The position numbers and the translations under genes were made by a program. The notes beneath the pieces were generated by a model, which was not told the DNA's origin, made no database searches, and worked only from the letters and a program-made list of their open reading frames with translations. Below, in pieces: positions 38,662-52,654 of a stretch of DNA of 64,000 nt. The stretch spans positions 4,712,001 to 4,776,000 of the forward strand of contig JBHGNT010000005.1 in NCBI GenBank assembly GCA_043228905.1, given 5' to 3'. Source of the DNA: Azolla caroliniana. Taxonomy: Eukaryota > Plantae > Polypodiophyta. Each line of letters opens with the position of its first letter. Within the stretch, counting starts at the first letter, position 1.

Positions 38662-39888
38662 TATAATTTATCACTTATGAGAAAGTACATAAGCTTCGTT
38701 CCAACAAGGGACATTCTTTATCGTAGTGCATAAGTTTCAATAGTCGCAATTTACAAAGATGAGAAGTGCTTTGAAAATTGTGTATTTGAATCTTAATAGA
38801 TGGGATTTTGATGTCATGCTAGTCATAACAATTCTTTATAAATTTAGTTTGAAGTTCATGCACACAAATATTGTACGAGTCCTAAAGTAATGACATGACG
38901 ACGCCAAAATTGTCATACTATTTTCCACTATACAAAGAGTAAAAACGAATACATTGTAGGTAATGACAATAAATATGGTGAGTATGATAAATTAAATATT
39001 TCATGTGGGTGTTTACTACTTGCATAGAGAGATGATAGAGAAAGTTAAATGTGATGTTTGATGGAGATGAAAGAGCAGCAAGACAATAAAGAGAAAGTGT
39101 GAGAGGGCAACACTCTCTATGTGATGCACACCACATCCTTTGGTGTTGAACACTTCCCATTGTCATGGTTATCGAACCGACATTATTCTCCTTGCGTTTT
39201 GCAAGTGCAATATGCATGAGAAGTATATCATCGATGATGGGGTGCCCTAACATTTGTGAGTATGGCTATGAGTCATGACTATTAAGAAGCTTCTTCCATT
39301 ATAATAACTTATATGTAACTTTCCTTCATGCTATCATATAGACATTGATATTTAGCGGGCTTCTTATCTAACAATCTCTTACTCCCATGGAAACAAACTC
39401 TTGACACATTCATGTGGAGAAGAGCTTTCCATTCTACCTCAACCTCACACATGACTTCCCTCTTATTGGGATCTTGACCCCCATAAGAGAGGGCCAATGA
39501 ACCCGACGAACCTGAGTCGAGGACAAGCAAGGTCCTAGTCGAGTTCTCTCGGCAATGAGTCCCCCGACGAGTGGCCCGAACACATGATGGCGACGAGGCA
39601 ATGAAGTCTATTGGTTTATGTATGTGAATTGGTACCAGGAGGAAGAGGTTTAGGAAGAGGCCAAAGGTGGCAGGCTGTTTTTTGTGCATCTCCAAATTTA
39701 GGGTTAATGCAAAACCAATCAATCAAACTTAACTCATCATTGACCATACACTTGTGTTCTTTGTGCATGCCTTCCCCCCCCTCCTCTCTGTTTTTATATC
39801 TTTGCTTTTCCCACACAATCTCCACACTTCACCTCAGTGTTTCATCTCTCCTCTCCCTCCCTCCCTTCCTTCTTCAATTTCTTCATTC

Positions 39889-42317
39889 ATGGCTCTTCCA
39901 TCATGCCACTCCAGTGGCCTTGTGTCATCATCACTGAACACTATGATCACATCCCCATCTTCCTGCTCTTCTTCCAAAGTTCTGTTGTTCCCCATGGCTT
40001 CTTCTCCCAAGTATCCATGGAATACTTTGAAGAAAAATGATGCGCACAGTATGCTCTTGAAGAAGAAGAAGAACACATCTCTTTGGAACTCCCATTCAAA
40101 CCACCACCAAGTGGTCATGGCGGTGACGACAATGCCATTGTAAGTTTTTGGTCTTGTTTCTCAGTTATTTGGACTCTTGAATTTCTCACTCTTTCATTCC
40201 GTTATTCCAAGTGGATTTTCTATGAAAGTTATAGAACCTCTGCAAACCAACATCCCATTTTCCCGAAAATTGATTATGGGTTTGAATTTTCTTGAATTTT
40301 CATTTGGATTATGGGTTTTTGATAAAGAAATTTGACGTGGGTTATGGGTTCTTTGATGTTTTTTCATGTGAATTGATGTCGTATTTGGGTTTTTGTAATG
40401 AGCTTATCCGAAAATTGGAAATTGATAGTGATTTTGGGTTTTGTAAAGCAATTGCATGGATATTGATCAGGGTTTGGGCTTTTCCATGTGTATCTGCAAA
40501 TTGATGTGGCTTATGGGTTTTTGGGAAATCTTGTCTCCACACCAATCTGGTATTGGGATTGTACAAAGAATTTGTCTGGAAATTGTTCTACCTTTATAGG
40601 AAGTATTTTTGTGAAAATTGATCTGAATATTGCAAAATGTTTTCTATGGAAAATTTATAATATGCATTTCTTTTTCTACAGAGGAACAGGGATGGCCACC
40701 ATTGATTTCCAGTCCGAGGGTTCTTCATATGCACCCCAAGAGCTGCACAAGCAAGTGACACACTCCATGCCACGGGAGAAGATTGAGATCTTCAAGTCTC
40801 TTGAGGGTTGGGCAGAGAAAGAGATCCTGCCATTTCTAAAGACAGTCGAGAAGTCTTGGCAACCGCAGGACTTCCTCCCAGAGCCATCTTCAGACAGCTT
40901 CTATGATGAAATACAAGAGATTCGGGCAAGAGCGAACGAGCTACCTGACGACTATCTGATATGCCTTGTGGGTGATATGATCACTGAAGAAGCTCTACCC
41001 ACCTATCAAACCATGTTGAACACATTGGATGGGGTGAGAGATGAGACTGGGGCGAGCCTTACATCGTGGGCAAGGTGGACGCGTGCATGGACAGCTGAAG
41101 AGAATCGGCATGGGGATCTGCTCAATAAGTATCTCTACCTCTCTGGTAGGGTTAACATGAGGGCAATTGAGCAAACTATTCAGTATCTGATTGGATCGGG
41201 CATGGTGAGTGTGTAAATAATGTATTGCTACTTATATGCATTGTCCCATTCTTTCTATGTTATTCCATTTAAATGTCTATGCATATGTCCATGATTGACA
41301 TATATTTACTTGAATGATTTTATGTCAAGGCCATTCTTATATGTATGATTGTATGCTTCCTCTATTTTGATTTTGTGTTAAGACCATGCTTATATGCATG
41401 ATGTCATCAACTTTTTGGGTATGTAATATCAATGATATCATGCTCTGATTTCTGCTGATTGTTTGAATATGTATGATATATATACATTCTTTTGAGAACA
41501 TGTATTATCATATTCTTTTGTATTGATTCTTTGTTGAACCATGGTTATGTGCCGTAACTTAGGCCACATAGATTTTAGGGGTGCCCTTGGATGTCGAGCT
41601 TCTGATTCTAATTAATCAAGTGACCTACACTTCTGTTGTAGTTTCTAATTTTCTTGAGTACTTTGGTGGCTATGATGATGTGTAGGATTAAGCGACCTAC
41701 ACTTCTGCTATAGTTTTTAATTTTCTTGCTTTGATTGTTATGGTGTGCAGGATCCGAAGACAGAGAACAATCCCTACCTGGGTTTTATTTACACATCCTT
41801 TCAAGAAAGAGCCACATTCATCTCTCACGGAAACACCGCGAGGCACGCCAAGGAATTTGGCGACGTGAAGCTTGCACAAATATGTGGCACAATTGCTGCT
41901 GATGAGCGAAGGCATGAGAATGCATATACAAAGATAGTAGAGAAGCTCTTTGAGATTGATCCTGATTGCACCATGTTGGGATTGGAAGACATGATGAGGA
42001 AGAAAATATCGATGCCTGCCCATCTAATGTATGATGGGCATGATAAGGACATATATGAGAAATTTGCATCAGTTGCTCAGAGGACGGGTGTGTACACAGC
42101 ACGGGATTATGCTGATATCTTAGAGCATTTGGTGAGAAGATGGAACTTAGAGAATCTTGAAGGGTTATCAAACCGAGCCCAGGAAGCACAAGACTATGTT
42201 TGTAGTTTGCCCAACCGGTTTCGTAAGTTGGAGGAACGAGCTTCGAAAGTGAAGAGAAATAGTGCAAAGATGGGGGCATTTAGCTGGATATTCAACCGAG
42301 AAGTCGACCTCATCTAG
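39889..42317 (+). CDS. SAD: Plastid stearoyl-ACP (delta-9) desaturase, copy 1 (446 aa, 3 exons)
   Basis: Exons 39889-40139, 40682-41204 and 41751-42317 are GT/AG and in frame. Ser-rich transit peptide, [55 protein letters not shown] and FSWIFNREV. Confidence 0.96.
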
Positions 42318-44799
42318 TCTTTTTTTTTTCCCAACTTGGTCTACACACTATGGGTTCTCTCAGAAAATGTTTCCCTAAAAACCCTATAAACTGCAATTGT
42401 AAGAGTCTTATAATGGTGAATTAATTATATTTAGCATGGTATAGAAGAGCTATTCCATTGATATGCCACCTTTGAACCCGTTTCCAATCTTAAATTTGCA
42501 GGAGAGTCAATTAAATTGAACAAAGACTCTTTTTTGTGGATATTTGACTTGAGAACGAACTTATATCTTTTTTCGAGAATCAATTTCCCTGCTTGTCTAT
42601 GTGATCAAACTACTTGCAAATATTTGAGGTATGTCATCCTCCTTTCCTATTACACATATCACACACATACTTATTTGAATGTTCTGGCGTATCTATGTAG
42701 CATACATGCAAAATATACACATCAATACAAACTAACGTAGCATATATAGCAACATACACACGTCCATATGAACTAACAAAATTAGTACATGTACATTCTG
42801 TCTGTATTATAATACATATAAGAAAAGCATAGATTTCTTTTGTTTGTCTGCACATACGGAGCATACATGCAATTAGAATAGGGAAAAACATATACAGTTA
42901 CAAATAGAACTTAATAAACATATCCACACATTGAAACATTATATGTACATACATACACACAAACGTATGAATGGGTACATAACTTACAATTGAAGAAGTG
43001 GAGAAAAAGAAGATAAAGCTACAATTGGAAACGCATATATTATATTTAGTATGTGCAAAGGGAAAAATATACATATGTACAAACAGAACCTTGGAAAAAC
43101 ACCTACACATCAATGCCAGCATTATACATACATGCATACAAACTTACAAATGTGCACATAAATTTACAATGGAAGAAAATGGAGGAAAAGGAGATAGAGC
43201 TACTGTTAGGAACACTTTTCAATCTATCTATATATGCCTTTGTCTTTGTCCACTCTCCTGGTCTCAATCAGCTCACTTCTTCCTTAGTTTTTGAAAGAGA
43301 TCTCATTTTGGCACAAATTTAAAGAACTAAAGACAGAATTATGGCACTGTTTAGGATTGACTCCATGTAGCTCTCCATTTCTGCATTCAAGCATATGATG
43401 AGGAGGATTTATGCATGTATGTGCAGATGTATGTATGTATGCATGATTATGTGTGACTTTATATGTGCATATGTGTATGTGACACGTGCTCACTTTTGTG
43501 TATGTGTGTTGGTGTGTTAGGTATGTATATTTTTGTTGTTTTCACCTTACATTGTGCTAGATGTGTGCACTTTTTGGTGTTTTCACCATACATTGAGGGA
43601 AGCCCAAGGAATGATCTCTAAGATGACTGGAAGAAATAATGCATTTGGGTTGCTAGAAATAACGCTTGTCTAAATGTAGAAGGGAGACCAAAAAAATTTG
43701 TCCACCAAGCGTGCACTACCTCCCTAAATAACTTTTTGTTCACTCCCGCTGGATGATGAAAATCACTTCTTACCGCGTTCTTCTTTGATTACACATGGAC
43801 CCATTATAGTAGTGTTATGGGTCTTCATCTGATCAAGTGCACCTTTTCTTTCTCTTTTTATGATTCTTATTGCATATCATCATTTTGGTGGCATCTTTGT
43901 TAGAAAAATGGAGGTTGTTGTTTATGTGAGATTTGGTGTCTTTTAGATATAAGTTATCTTTTCTTGCATTTTTGCCAGAGAATTGGAAGGTCTTGCTTTA
44001 CATGGGTTTGGTTCTCTTCGGCATTCTAGTATTTGGGTTTCAGGTCAATGAGAGAGTTTTATTGCTGGGATCTGTATTCATTGTATTCTATGTTATATTT
44101 GCATTTATCATCATAATATGGTGATGATCATGTCTCTCAAAAGCAAGAGAGAAATCATTACTCTTCATTGAACAGATCCTGGGATCCATCATGCTCCTAA
44201 TGCATAAGCTGTGGTCTCTTTTAATCTTAGGTGTGCTGCTGTCTCAGTCTCAATCTGCCAATGGGATCACATATTGTCCACAGTCCCATGGCCGTAGCTT
44301 GGAGATACTATTCCTTTTCTTAAACCCACTTATAATCTCTGTGGTTCTCACTGCTGTGTCAATCACATTGGTCTCCCTTGTCACCTTCCTCTTGTGCTTG
44401 ATCATTGTAGATTCTTTTGCTACTTTTCCATGGCCATGAATCTAGGCCTCAGGGCTATTATCGTAACTTTTCCTGCCCCCAGCCATGTGAGTATTAGGCT
44501 AAGGATTGTAGGGTTTCGCATCACATATAAAGTAAGCACACTTGGGGTCAAGGTAAGATTCGTTCTTTAAGTTCAGGCTATAGATTATCCGTCCGTAGGG
44601 TGGCATGGTCGCATCGACCTCTCCAAGATTGGCACTTTTACAATGTAACCATGAATATGATGCTTCATAAGACTAACATAATAAGTTCCAATGGGGTTGA
44701 CCTGAACTTCAAAACTGGTGTAGAGAACGATAATTTCAGCATTGACAACTTTAAGGCAACCTCCGAGCCCACTATCGCTAGCCAAATGCCAATACCCTC

Positions 44800-47300
44800 A
44801 TGGCTGAGTTTGAGGGTGACACCATAAACTCCTCAAACCTAATTTCATAGGGTTGGTAAGAAACGGTTAGAAGGAACATTTAGCTGAGCTATTGTTTGTA
44901 CAATCCTAGATGAATGCAAAGAGCTATTATCTTAGATAGTAGTAAGGTGTATTTCAAAGGTACTAGTTTCTTTATAATGGAGGATTGAACTCCAAAAATA
45001 GCAAGAACATAGAAGGCAAGCATATGCATGTAGGAAAGGAATTCTAAATGCCTAGCAAGTGATGACCTTGGGACTACAGATACCTCAAATTTGAAACCAT
45101 GTTTTAAAATTGTAGAGGATATCCATGGGATAAGGGGTTAGGACTAAGTGATGTAACACAAGGTATTGATGTTATATTTTTGGTTGAAATTTGGGAGCAT
45201 TATACAAAATGCATACCTAAGATAGATGGCTACCTTATAAAATCAATATGGCCTCACTCTAAAGGGAATATTAGATGTGCAAAGATAACATGTATTTACC
45301 ATGAGAGATTAGATAATTATATAAGATTATGTAAGTATGATGATCATAAGCGATACCTTTGGCTATGAGGTTAATTTGGGCAAAGAGAATCTATACATAG
45401 CCGCATGCTACATTCCTCATAAAGTGTCAAACTACTATAGTAGATTTGGGTTGGAACATGATGATCCTATCACAAATTTATCTCAAGGCATGCTTGTTTT
45501 TGAGAAGCTGGTTAAAGTGTTTCATATGGGCGACTTTAATGCTAGAGTTAGAAAATATCAAAATACGGAAATATTGGAAGAAAATATAGTGGATCCTGGT
45601 CTATTACACGACTCAAAGGATTGTATTATGATGGATTATGGAAGAATTCTTATACACATGCTAGATTGCACTGACATGATTGTCTTAAATGGTATAAATG
45701 TTTTTCCTTTGACAAATGTACTCACATGTTTACCAACCTCAGGTGGAGGAAGTTAAGTAGGTTATTTATTTAGGAAGGCATGTGATCTATCCATGGTCAA
45801 TCCATTAGCCTTGTACTTGGACCTTACACTCTCACACTCGATCAACAAATGTGGTAAAGTGAAAAGAGGAAAGAAGATACATCAATCAACCTTGTTACAA
45901 TAAAGCTATGATATATGCAAAAGAAGTTGAGAACCATTTGTCAAAACTCTCTTTAGGTAATGATGTTATAAGAAAATTGGAAACATTTCAAAGATGTCAT
46001 CTTTGAGGTAGGATATCAACACTTTCAAATGTGTGTTGGTGGACATAAAAGATCTAGTTCCCCATGTAATTCTTGGTTTGATGAGGAATGTAAGGTATAT
46101 CTCCAACTATATGAGTTTGCAAAAGGAGAATTGGTCATGGCATGGCACCAATATAAAAAGCATATAAGAATCAAGTATCAAATTATTGTACAATCATGGT
46201 GAGCTTGACTATTGCTAAGTTGTATAGCACTATCATGGAACAAAAAATAAGTACATGAGTGGAAAGTCAAAACAAACAAGCACTTGGCAGGCATGTTTTA
46301 AACCAAAACACTCCACGGTAGGTCATCTTGTTACATTAAGAGTAATTATGGAAGAAAGTCAGCTATTGGAAAGACACTTTATTACTACTTTTTTTATTTT
46401 AAAAAAACATTTGGTACAGTACCACGAAGTGAGATTTGGAATAGAATGGTGGAAATTGGCATACCATTAGAGTATCGAGTTGCGATTGCATGATTATATG
46501 AGCATGTTAGATGCCAACTAAAAATTGAGAATGATTTCTTAGAATACTTTTTAATTAACATGGGGGTTAAGCAACAATGTCCATTATCACTTACACTTTG
46601 GTTTATGTATTGATAAATTGGAAGAAGTGGTGAATAGGGTTGCAAGAGAAGAAGGATTAGATGCCCCAAAACTTTATGCAACAACTCATAGATTACCACA
46701 TCTTGCTTGGAATGTTGGATGTAAACTACAAATATTCATAAGAGCAAAACTCTCTCATCCGGTTGGGTAGTTGAAATAAAACTCATAGACCTTTCAAGTG
46801 ATGCTATGAAATATGTAGTTATTGAGGAAAGATTAATGGAACCACTAAGGATGAAGTGGAAAGATGCTAAAAGGAAAAAAAATTAAAATATTACATTGCA
46901 AACATCAATCCTGAATGTGGGCTCTATAGAAGGCAAAAAGGCCTATTTATTGATCATATTCAACCTTACCTCATTACTAACATGAGTATTAACTCTCGTA
47001 GAGTCCTAACACTCCTTCACACTCGATCACATAACCTAGGTATCGAAGTTGCATTATGAAATCAAAATCAGCCAAATTTAAAGGCATGTAAGGTATGCAA
47101 GGAAGGGCTAGTAGAGGATGAGTATCGCTAACTTTTCACGTGCTTTGCATATAGTGCAATTCGTGAAAGCTATGAAGATATATTAAGAGGGGCTGATGAC
47201 TTAGTGTCACACTAAAGAGAACACGTAGAAGGTTGAGTTTATATGTGTATGCCTTATTTACACATCGAGACTTAGTGTTTCAAAGTATGAATATCCCGTC
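44800..47300 (+). mobile_element. Degraded LINE (ORF1 tail, APE endonuclease, RT, C-terminal Cys motif) between the two SAD genes
   Basis: APE traces (LVEIWEH, YIAACYIP, MGDFNARV), RT traces (QACFKPKHSTVGHLVTLRVIME, MGVKQQCPLS) and a C-terminal SHNLGIEV...CKVCKEGLVEDEY. Heavily frameshifted and internally deleted, with approximate ends. Confidence 0.8.
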
Positions 47301-48018
47301 CCTCCTTAGGAAGGAGACACACACCAATATAACTTTTGTACATAGCTGTGTGAGCACGAATTGGAGGATGTGGGCCACATACATGATCAACAAAGCTGTC
47401 TATCTTAAATATGACACATGTGAACATTCCAGAGGTTATTCATATAATAAACCTAAGATACAGGTATGTTATAAAGTTGCTGGCTGGCACAGAAACCAAC
47501 ACATCATGCCAAAGACATTGCCTAAATTGGATAATTTCTCATTTGCAGGATAGTACAATAGTTGACATGATCTTAAATCCGGGTGGGAGTACCTTCACTA
47601 ATGAATGCAAGCATTAGTGGCTATTTTTCATGAGAATATTTTAGTGTAGGATACCCTACAATGTATTGATGAAAGAATGGGAATGCTAGATGCAAGAACC
47701 GCCACAACTGAAGAGAATATGCTAAATGTTAGCAATAATGATGGCATCAATAGCTAGTAAGATTTTAGCCTAGTGAACATCTGTCAATATTTTGTTGATA
47801 AACCATCCTAACTCCTTTTCTTTTGCCCACTCCCCAATTTTGTTGCATACAAATAGAAGAAAAACTGAAGGAGAACCTGAAATATTAAATGGTTTCTCAC
47901 AAATTATAGCACAATATGAGTTATCCCCCTATCAACATCTACATGATATATATTAAGTTAATCAGAATATTTGGGATTCATTTGTTATTGATAATTAAAT
48001 ATTATTTTATATAATAAA

Positions 48019-48333
48019 TTGTTAACCATATGGTAATTTAGTCCATATAACATAAGTATAGAAATAGATAAACCAATCTGATGCTTAATTAATTTTGGTG
48101 GAAATTTGACAATTTCGTTCATGTCGGCTAGGTCACATGAGTGAGTTAAAGAGAAAACAGGAATGTGTATTGTTAACCATATGTTTATTTAGTCCATATA
48201 AAAAGCTCATAAGTATAGAAGTAGATAAACAAATCTGATCCTTAATTAAAAATGTTCTCTTTTTGTTGGAAATTTGACAATTTTGTCCATGTCGGCTAGG
48301 TCACATGAGTGAGTTAAAGAGAAAACAGGAATG
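48019..48333. repeat. ~150-bp tandem duplication
   Basis: TTGTTAACCATATG...CATGTCGGCTAGGTCACATGAGTGAGTTAAAGAGAAAACAGGAATG occurs twice head-to-tail. Confidence 0.9.
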
Positions 48334-50060
48334 ATTGCCTCTAAAGGGAGCCTTTTGAATTACCCACATTCTTTTGCACAAGACAATGTGAGTCGAAGAT
48401 GATCAAGAGTTTTGTGGGTAGTGAGATTGGTCGAGCTCCTTACTGAAGTGCATCATCACATATTTTCAGATTTTATTCCTTATGATATAATCTTCAATAT
48501 ATGTAAATTTCATGATAACTTATGATGGCTTATGGCACTTCCATGTCTGAAACTAATTGGATTATCTTATGTAATTATGTCACAAATTTTCAACATAGAT
48601 TAGTTGGATTGGTGATTGTAATGATATATTGAGGTAGGCTTTAGATTCGCGTATAATCAAAATGAAACTCAATATAATAATAATAATATTGAAACTCCAT
48701 GCATGTGTGCTAGCTCAAAAATCTAAATTTCAGTTTCTGTCTACCCACATTGTTGTTATATATTAATTTAAGTTGCTATTGCAACTGGTAAGGTGGAAGC
48801 TTAGAGTAAAGCATTTAATAGAGTGCGGAAGTCCACCAAAGTTATATGAGGAAAACCATTATAACTCTTTGCTATCTGACTCCATCCTTTTGGTCCCCTT
48901 TCTTTCACATTATGGGAATGTAAGACCCTTTTATAGGTTTTACAAACTCCTATAAAACGTGAATGCCTATGTCCACCCTGGATAAGTGTGATTCTAGCTT
49001 TGCAAGAGAAACAATTGAAGAAACATGATACTTGATCCCTTCTTTCCATTTGTGTATGGAGTAATTACTATGGATGTATTTTTCTATTCCATTTAAATAC
49101 CAGCTTGTGAATTCATTTTCAATATGATGGCCTACATTTTCAAATGTGTGGAGTCCCATATGGATAGGCAAGTGAGAACATCAATTGCTATTAATTGCTA
49201 TTCATTACATCAGATTCAAAATGAAATAGGGGGGATGAGCAGATGATTTCTATGTTTTACATGTCAGATGATATGGTATTTAAACCCATGCTCACTTATT
49301 GATGGTAAACCACAACCACAATGCACAAAGTCCAAATGATTTGGCAATCATGGAAAGAAGGCATGGCATTTTACATGTATCATTTCTATATTACTGATGG
49401 TAAACCACAATCACAATGCAAAATTATCAATGACACTGCATGGTATTTCAGATGTATAGGTAATCAGATAAAGCGATCATGGAAGAAGCCATAGCATTTC
49501 ACATGTATCATCAGATATAGCACACAATGCGTTTCATCATTATTGTGAATATCATGTCGTTGTCCAACTGACACTTGACATTGAATGTCATTTATAATCA
49601 ATTATTATAGCGAATACCATCTCAATGAAACATGTCATTGTCCCACTGACACTTGACGTTAAATGTCATTTATAACCAAACACCCACATATTGCAGCTAG
49701 CACACTGATTACATCAGATGACTTAGATAGATCTACATCCAAGACATTGCACATACACAATTTCAGAGACACAAAATTTCATGTGTGGAACACTCACTTG
49801 TAACAACGTATCACAACTAGGACAGGGATTATATCAGATGTTTTAAAAGAGATCTACCTTGCAAATCTAAGTATATTTTCATTACCTCAAAAAAATTTGG
49901 AGATTTGATGATGCCATCCAATCAAATCAATTTCGATTATGACAATTACTACACACCATCATCTCCATTTGGTACTATATTATGTATATATTTACTAACA
50001 AAAGACGTAGTAGCCATATGTATGTAAATCACAAGCTTTGCAAACAAAAGAAAAATACCA

Positions 50061-52654
50061 CTAAAGATCAACTTCTCGGTTAAATATCCAACTGAATGCT
50101 CCTTTCCTCACACTGCTTTTCTTTACTTTTGAAGCTCGTTCTTCCAACTTACGAAACCGATTGGGCAGACCACAAACATAGTCTTGCGCCTTGTGACCTC
50201 GGCTTGACAACCCTTCAAGCTTCTCTAAGTTCCATCTCTTCACCAAATGCTCTAGGATATCAGCATAATCTCGCGCCGTGTAGACACCGGTCCTCTGAGC
50301 AACTAATGCAAACTTTTCGTATATGTCCTTATCATGCCCATCATACATTAGATGGGCGGGCATTGATATCTTCTTCCTCATCATGTCTTCCAATGCCAAC
50401 ATGGTGCAATCAGGATCGATCTCAAAGAGCTTCTCTACTATCTTTGTATATGCATTCTCGTGCCTTCTCTCATCGGCAGCAATTGTGCCACATATTTGTG
50501 CAAGCTTCACATCACCAAAGTCCTTGGCATGTCTGGCGGTGTTTCCATGAGAGATGAATGTAGCTCTCTCTTGGAAGGATGTGTATATAAAACCCAAGTA
50601 AGGATTGTTCTCTGTCTTCGGATCCTGCACCATCACCACCAAAGCACTCAAGAAATTAGAGACTGAAACTATATTAAAAGCTCATACAATTATGGCCAAA
50701 GCACTCAAGAAATTGCTCTTAAAAACCTGGTCCATTTAACTAGAGTCAAAAACTTGTGCTATGGGTTGTAAATAAAATCATGCAGATAGTCTCAAGAATT
50801 TCTATGGCCTACATTAATGCACATATACATTGTTTAACAAGCATATGATAATACATATGCCCAAGGATGTATACGTATCATGCATATGATGAGAAAAACA
50901 TTTACGTGTACAATAATGCATGTAAGCATGGTTCTACATTGAATCAAAATCATGAAAGCATATGATAATAGGAGGCATTATATATGCACTCACCATGCCT
51001 GATCCAATCAGATACTGAATAGTTTGCTCAATGGCCCTCATGTTAACCCTCCCAGTAAGATAGAGATACTTATTGAGCAGATCCCCATGTCGATTCTCTT
51101 CGGCTGTCCATGCGCGAGTCCACCGGGCCCACGATGTAAGGCTCGCCCCAGTCTCATCTCTCACCCCATCCAACGTGTTCAACATGGTTTGATAGGTAGG
51201 TAAGGCTTCTTCAGTGATCATATCACCTACAAGGCATACCAGATAGTCATCTGGTAGCTCATTGGCTCTTGCCCGAATCTCTCGTATTTCATCATAGAAG
51301 CCATCTGAAGACGGCTCTGGAAGGAAGTCTTGAGGTTGCCAAGACTTCTCAACCGTCTTTAAGAATGGTAGGATCTCGGTCTCTGCCCAACCCTCGAGAG
51401 ATTTGAAGATCTCGATCTTCTCTTGTGGCATGGTGTGTGTCACTTGCTTGTGTAGCTCTTGGGGTGCATATAATGTAGAATTCTCAGACTGAAGACCATC
51501 TTTAGTGACCCCTATTTCTCTGTAGAACAAGAGACACCAATCAAAAGATTTCCACTACCAAAACATTTTTCAAAATCCAGATCAAACGGACACAGGTAAA
51601 TTTTCTTAAACATTTTGCAAACAGTTTCCATAAACATAGATACATTTAAGTGTTGGCACGATCCAGAACTCAGATTCATCATTGCGAAACTTCCAGAAAA
51701 CCCAGTCTGGTATCAAAATTTTCAGCTTTCAAATCAAATCTCTACCCAAAACCTAGCTAAATATATTTTCAGGAAAATAATTGCGATGCCCATAATCTGC
51801 ATCAAATTTCTTTGCCAGAAATATATATGCCCTACCAGTTTTTTGTTTGCAAAAACTAGGATCAATATCAGAAAAAATTCAGAACCCAAATGAATTCTGG
51901 AAAAATGTAAAACTATAATCAAAATCAAATTTCAGGAAAATGCATTGCAAAAAACACAAAACCCTTACTAATTTTCTTTGATCACAAGGAGGTCAACGTT
52001 CAGACAAAAAGAAATCCCTACACCCTGTACTCATGAGCCCTTAATTTGGAATGTATGAGGAGGACAAGATAAGAACTTCAATGGAAATAATAGGTGACCC
52101 AAAACACTGGACTCTTGAGCCCTTAATTTGGAATGTATGAGGACAGGATAAGAATTTTGATGGAAATAATGGATGACCGAGGTGATGCTCCTCTTAACTT
52201 TCTGATACAGTGAGAATTTTTCATCAAAGAGCACGGAGCTGAAGTCTGATGCCCATCAAAACGCTTCAGATTACAGTAAAAGGATTCCAGGTAGAAATCA
52301 AAGTCAAGGCTTTAAGTTCATAACAATGTCATGAAACGGAAAGAATTTGAGAGAATCCAAGACTTACAAAGGCATAGTCGTGGCTGTCATGACCACTCGA
52401 CTCCTGCTAGGATGTGAGATCCGGAAAAAAGTGCTCTTTTTCTTCGTACTATTAGTATTATTAATATTCCATGGATTCTTCAGAGGAGAGGCTACAGGGA
52501 ACAACAGAGCTTTGGAAGAAGGGGAGGAGGAGGAGGAAGAAGAAGAAGAAGAAGGCAAACTGTGGGTTAGGCCATGGCCAGATGAGGCAGTGGTCATCAT
52601 GAGGTTGTGTGATGATGACACAAGGCCATGGGAGTGGCATGATGAAAGAGCCAT
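50061..52654 (-). CDS. SAD: Plastid stearoyl-ACP (delta-9) desaturase, copy 2 (458 aa, 3 exons)
   Basis: Exons 52654-52368, 51519-50994 and 50624-50061 are GT/AG and in frame. Same di-iron motifs and intron positions as copy 1, with a poly-Ser expansion in the transit peptide. Confidence 0.96.
52034..52177. repeat. ~65-bp imperfect tandem duplication in SAD copy 2 intron 1
   Basis: TGAGCCCTTAATTTGGAATGTATGAGGA...ATGGAAATAAT occurs at 52034 and 52116. Confidence 0.85.

Noticed and set aside
41818-42279. 153-aa antisense ORF present opposite both SAD third exons (also 50096-50557)
   Set aside because: Its conservation is explained by the high identity of the SAD exons, and it has no domain or independent support.
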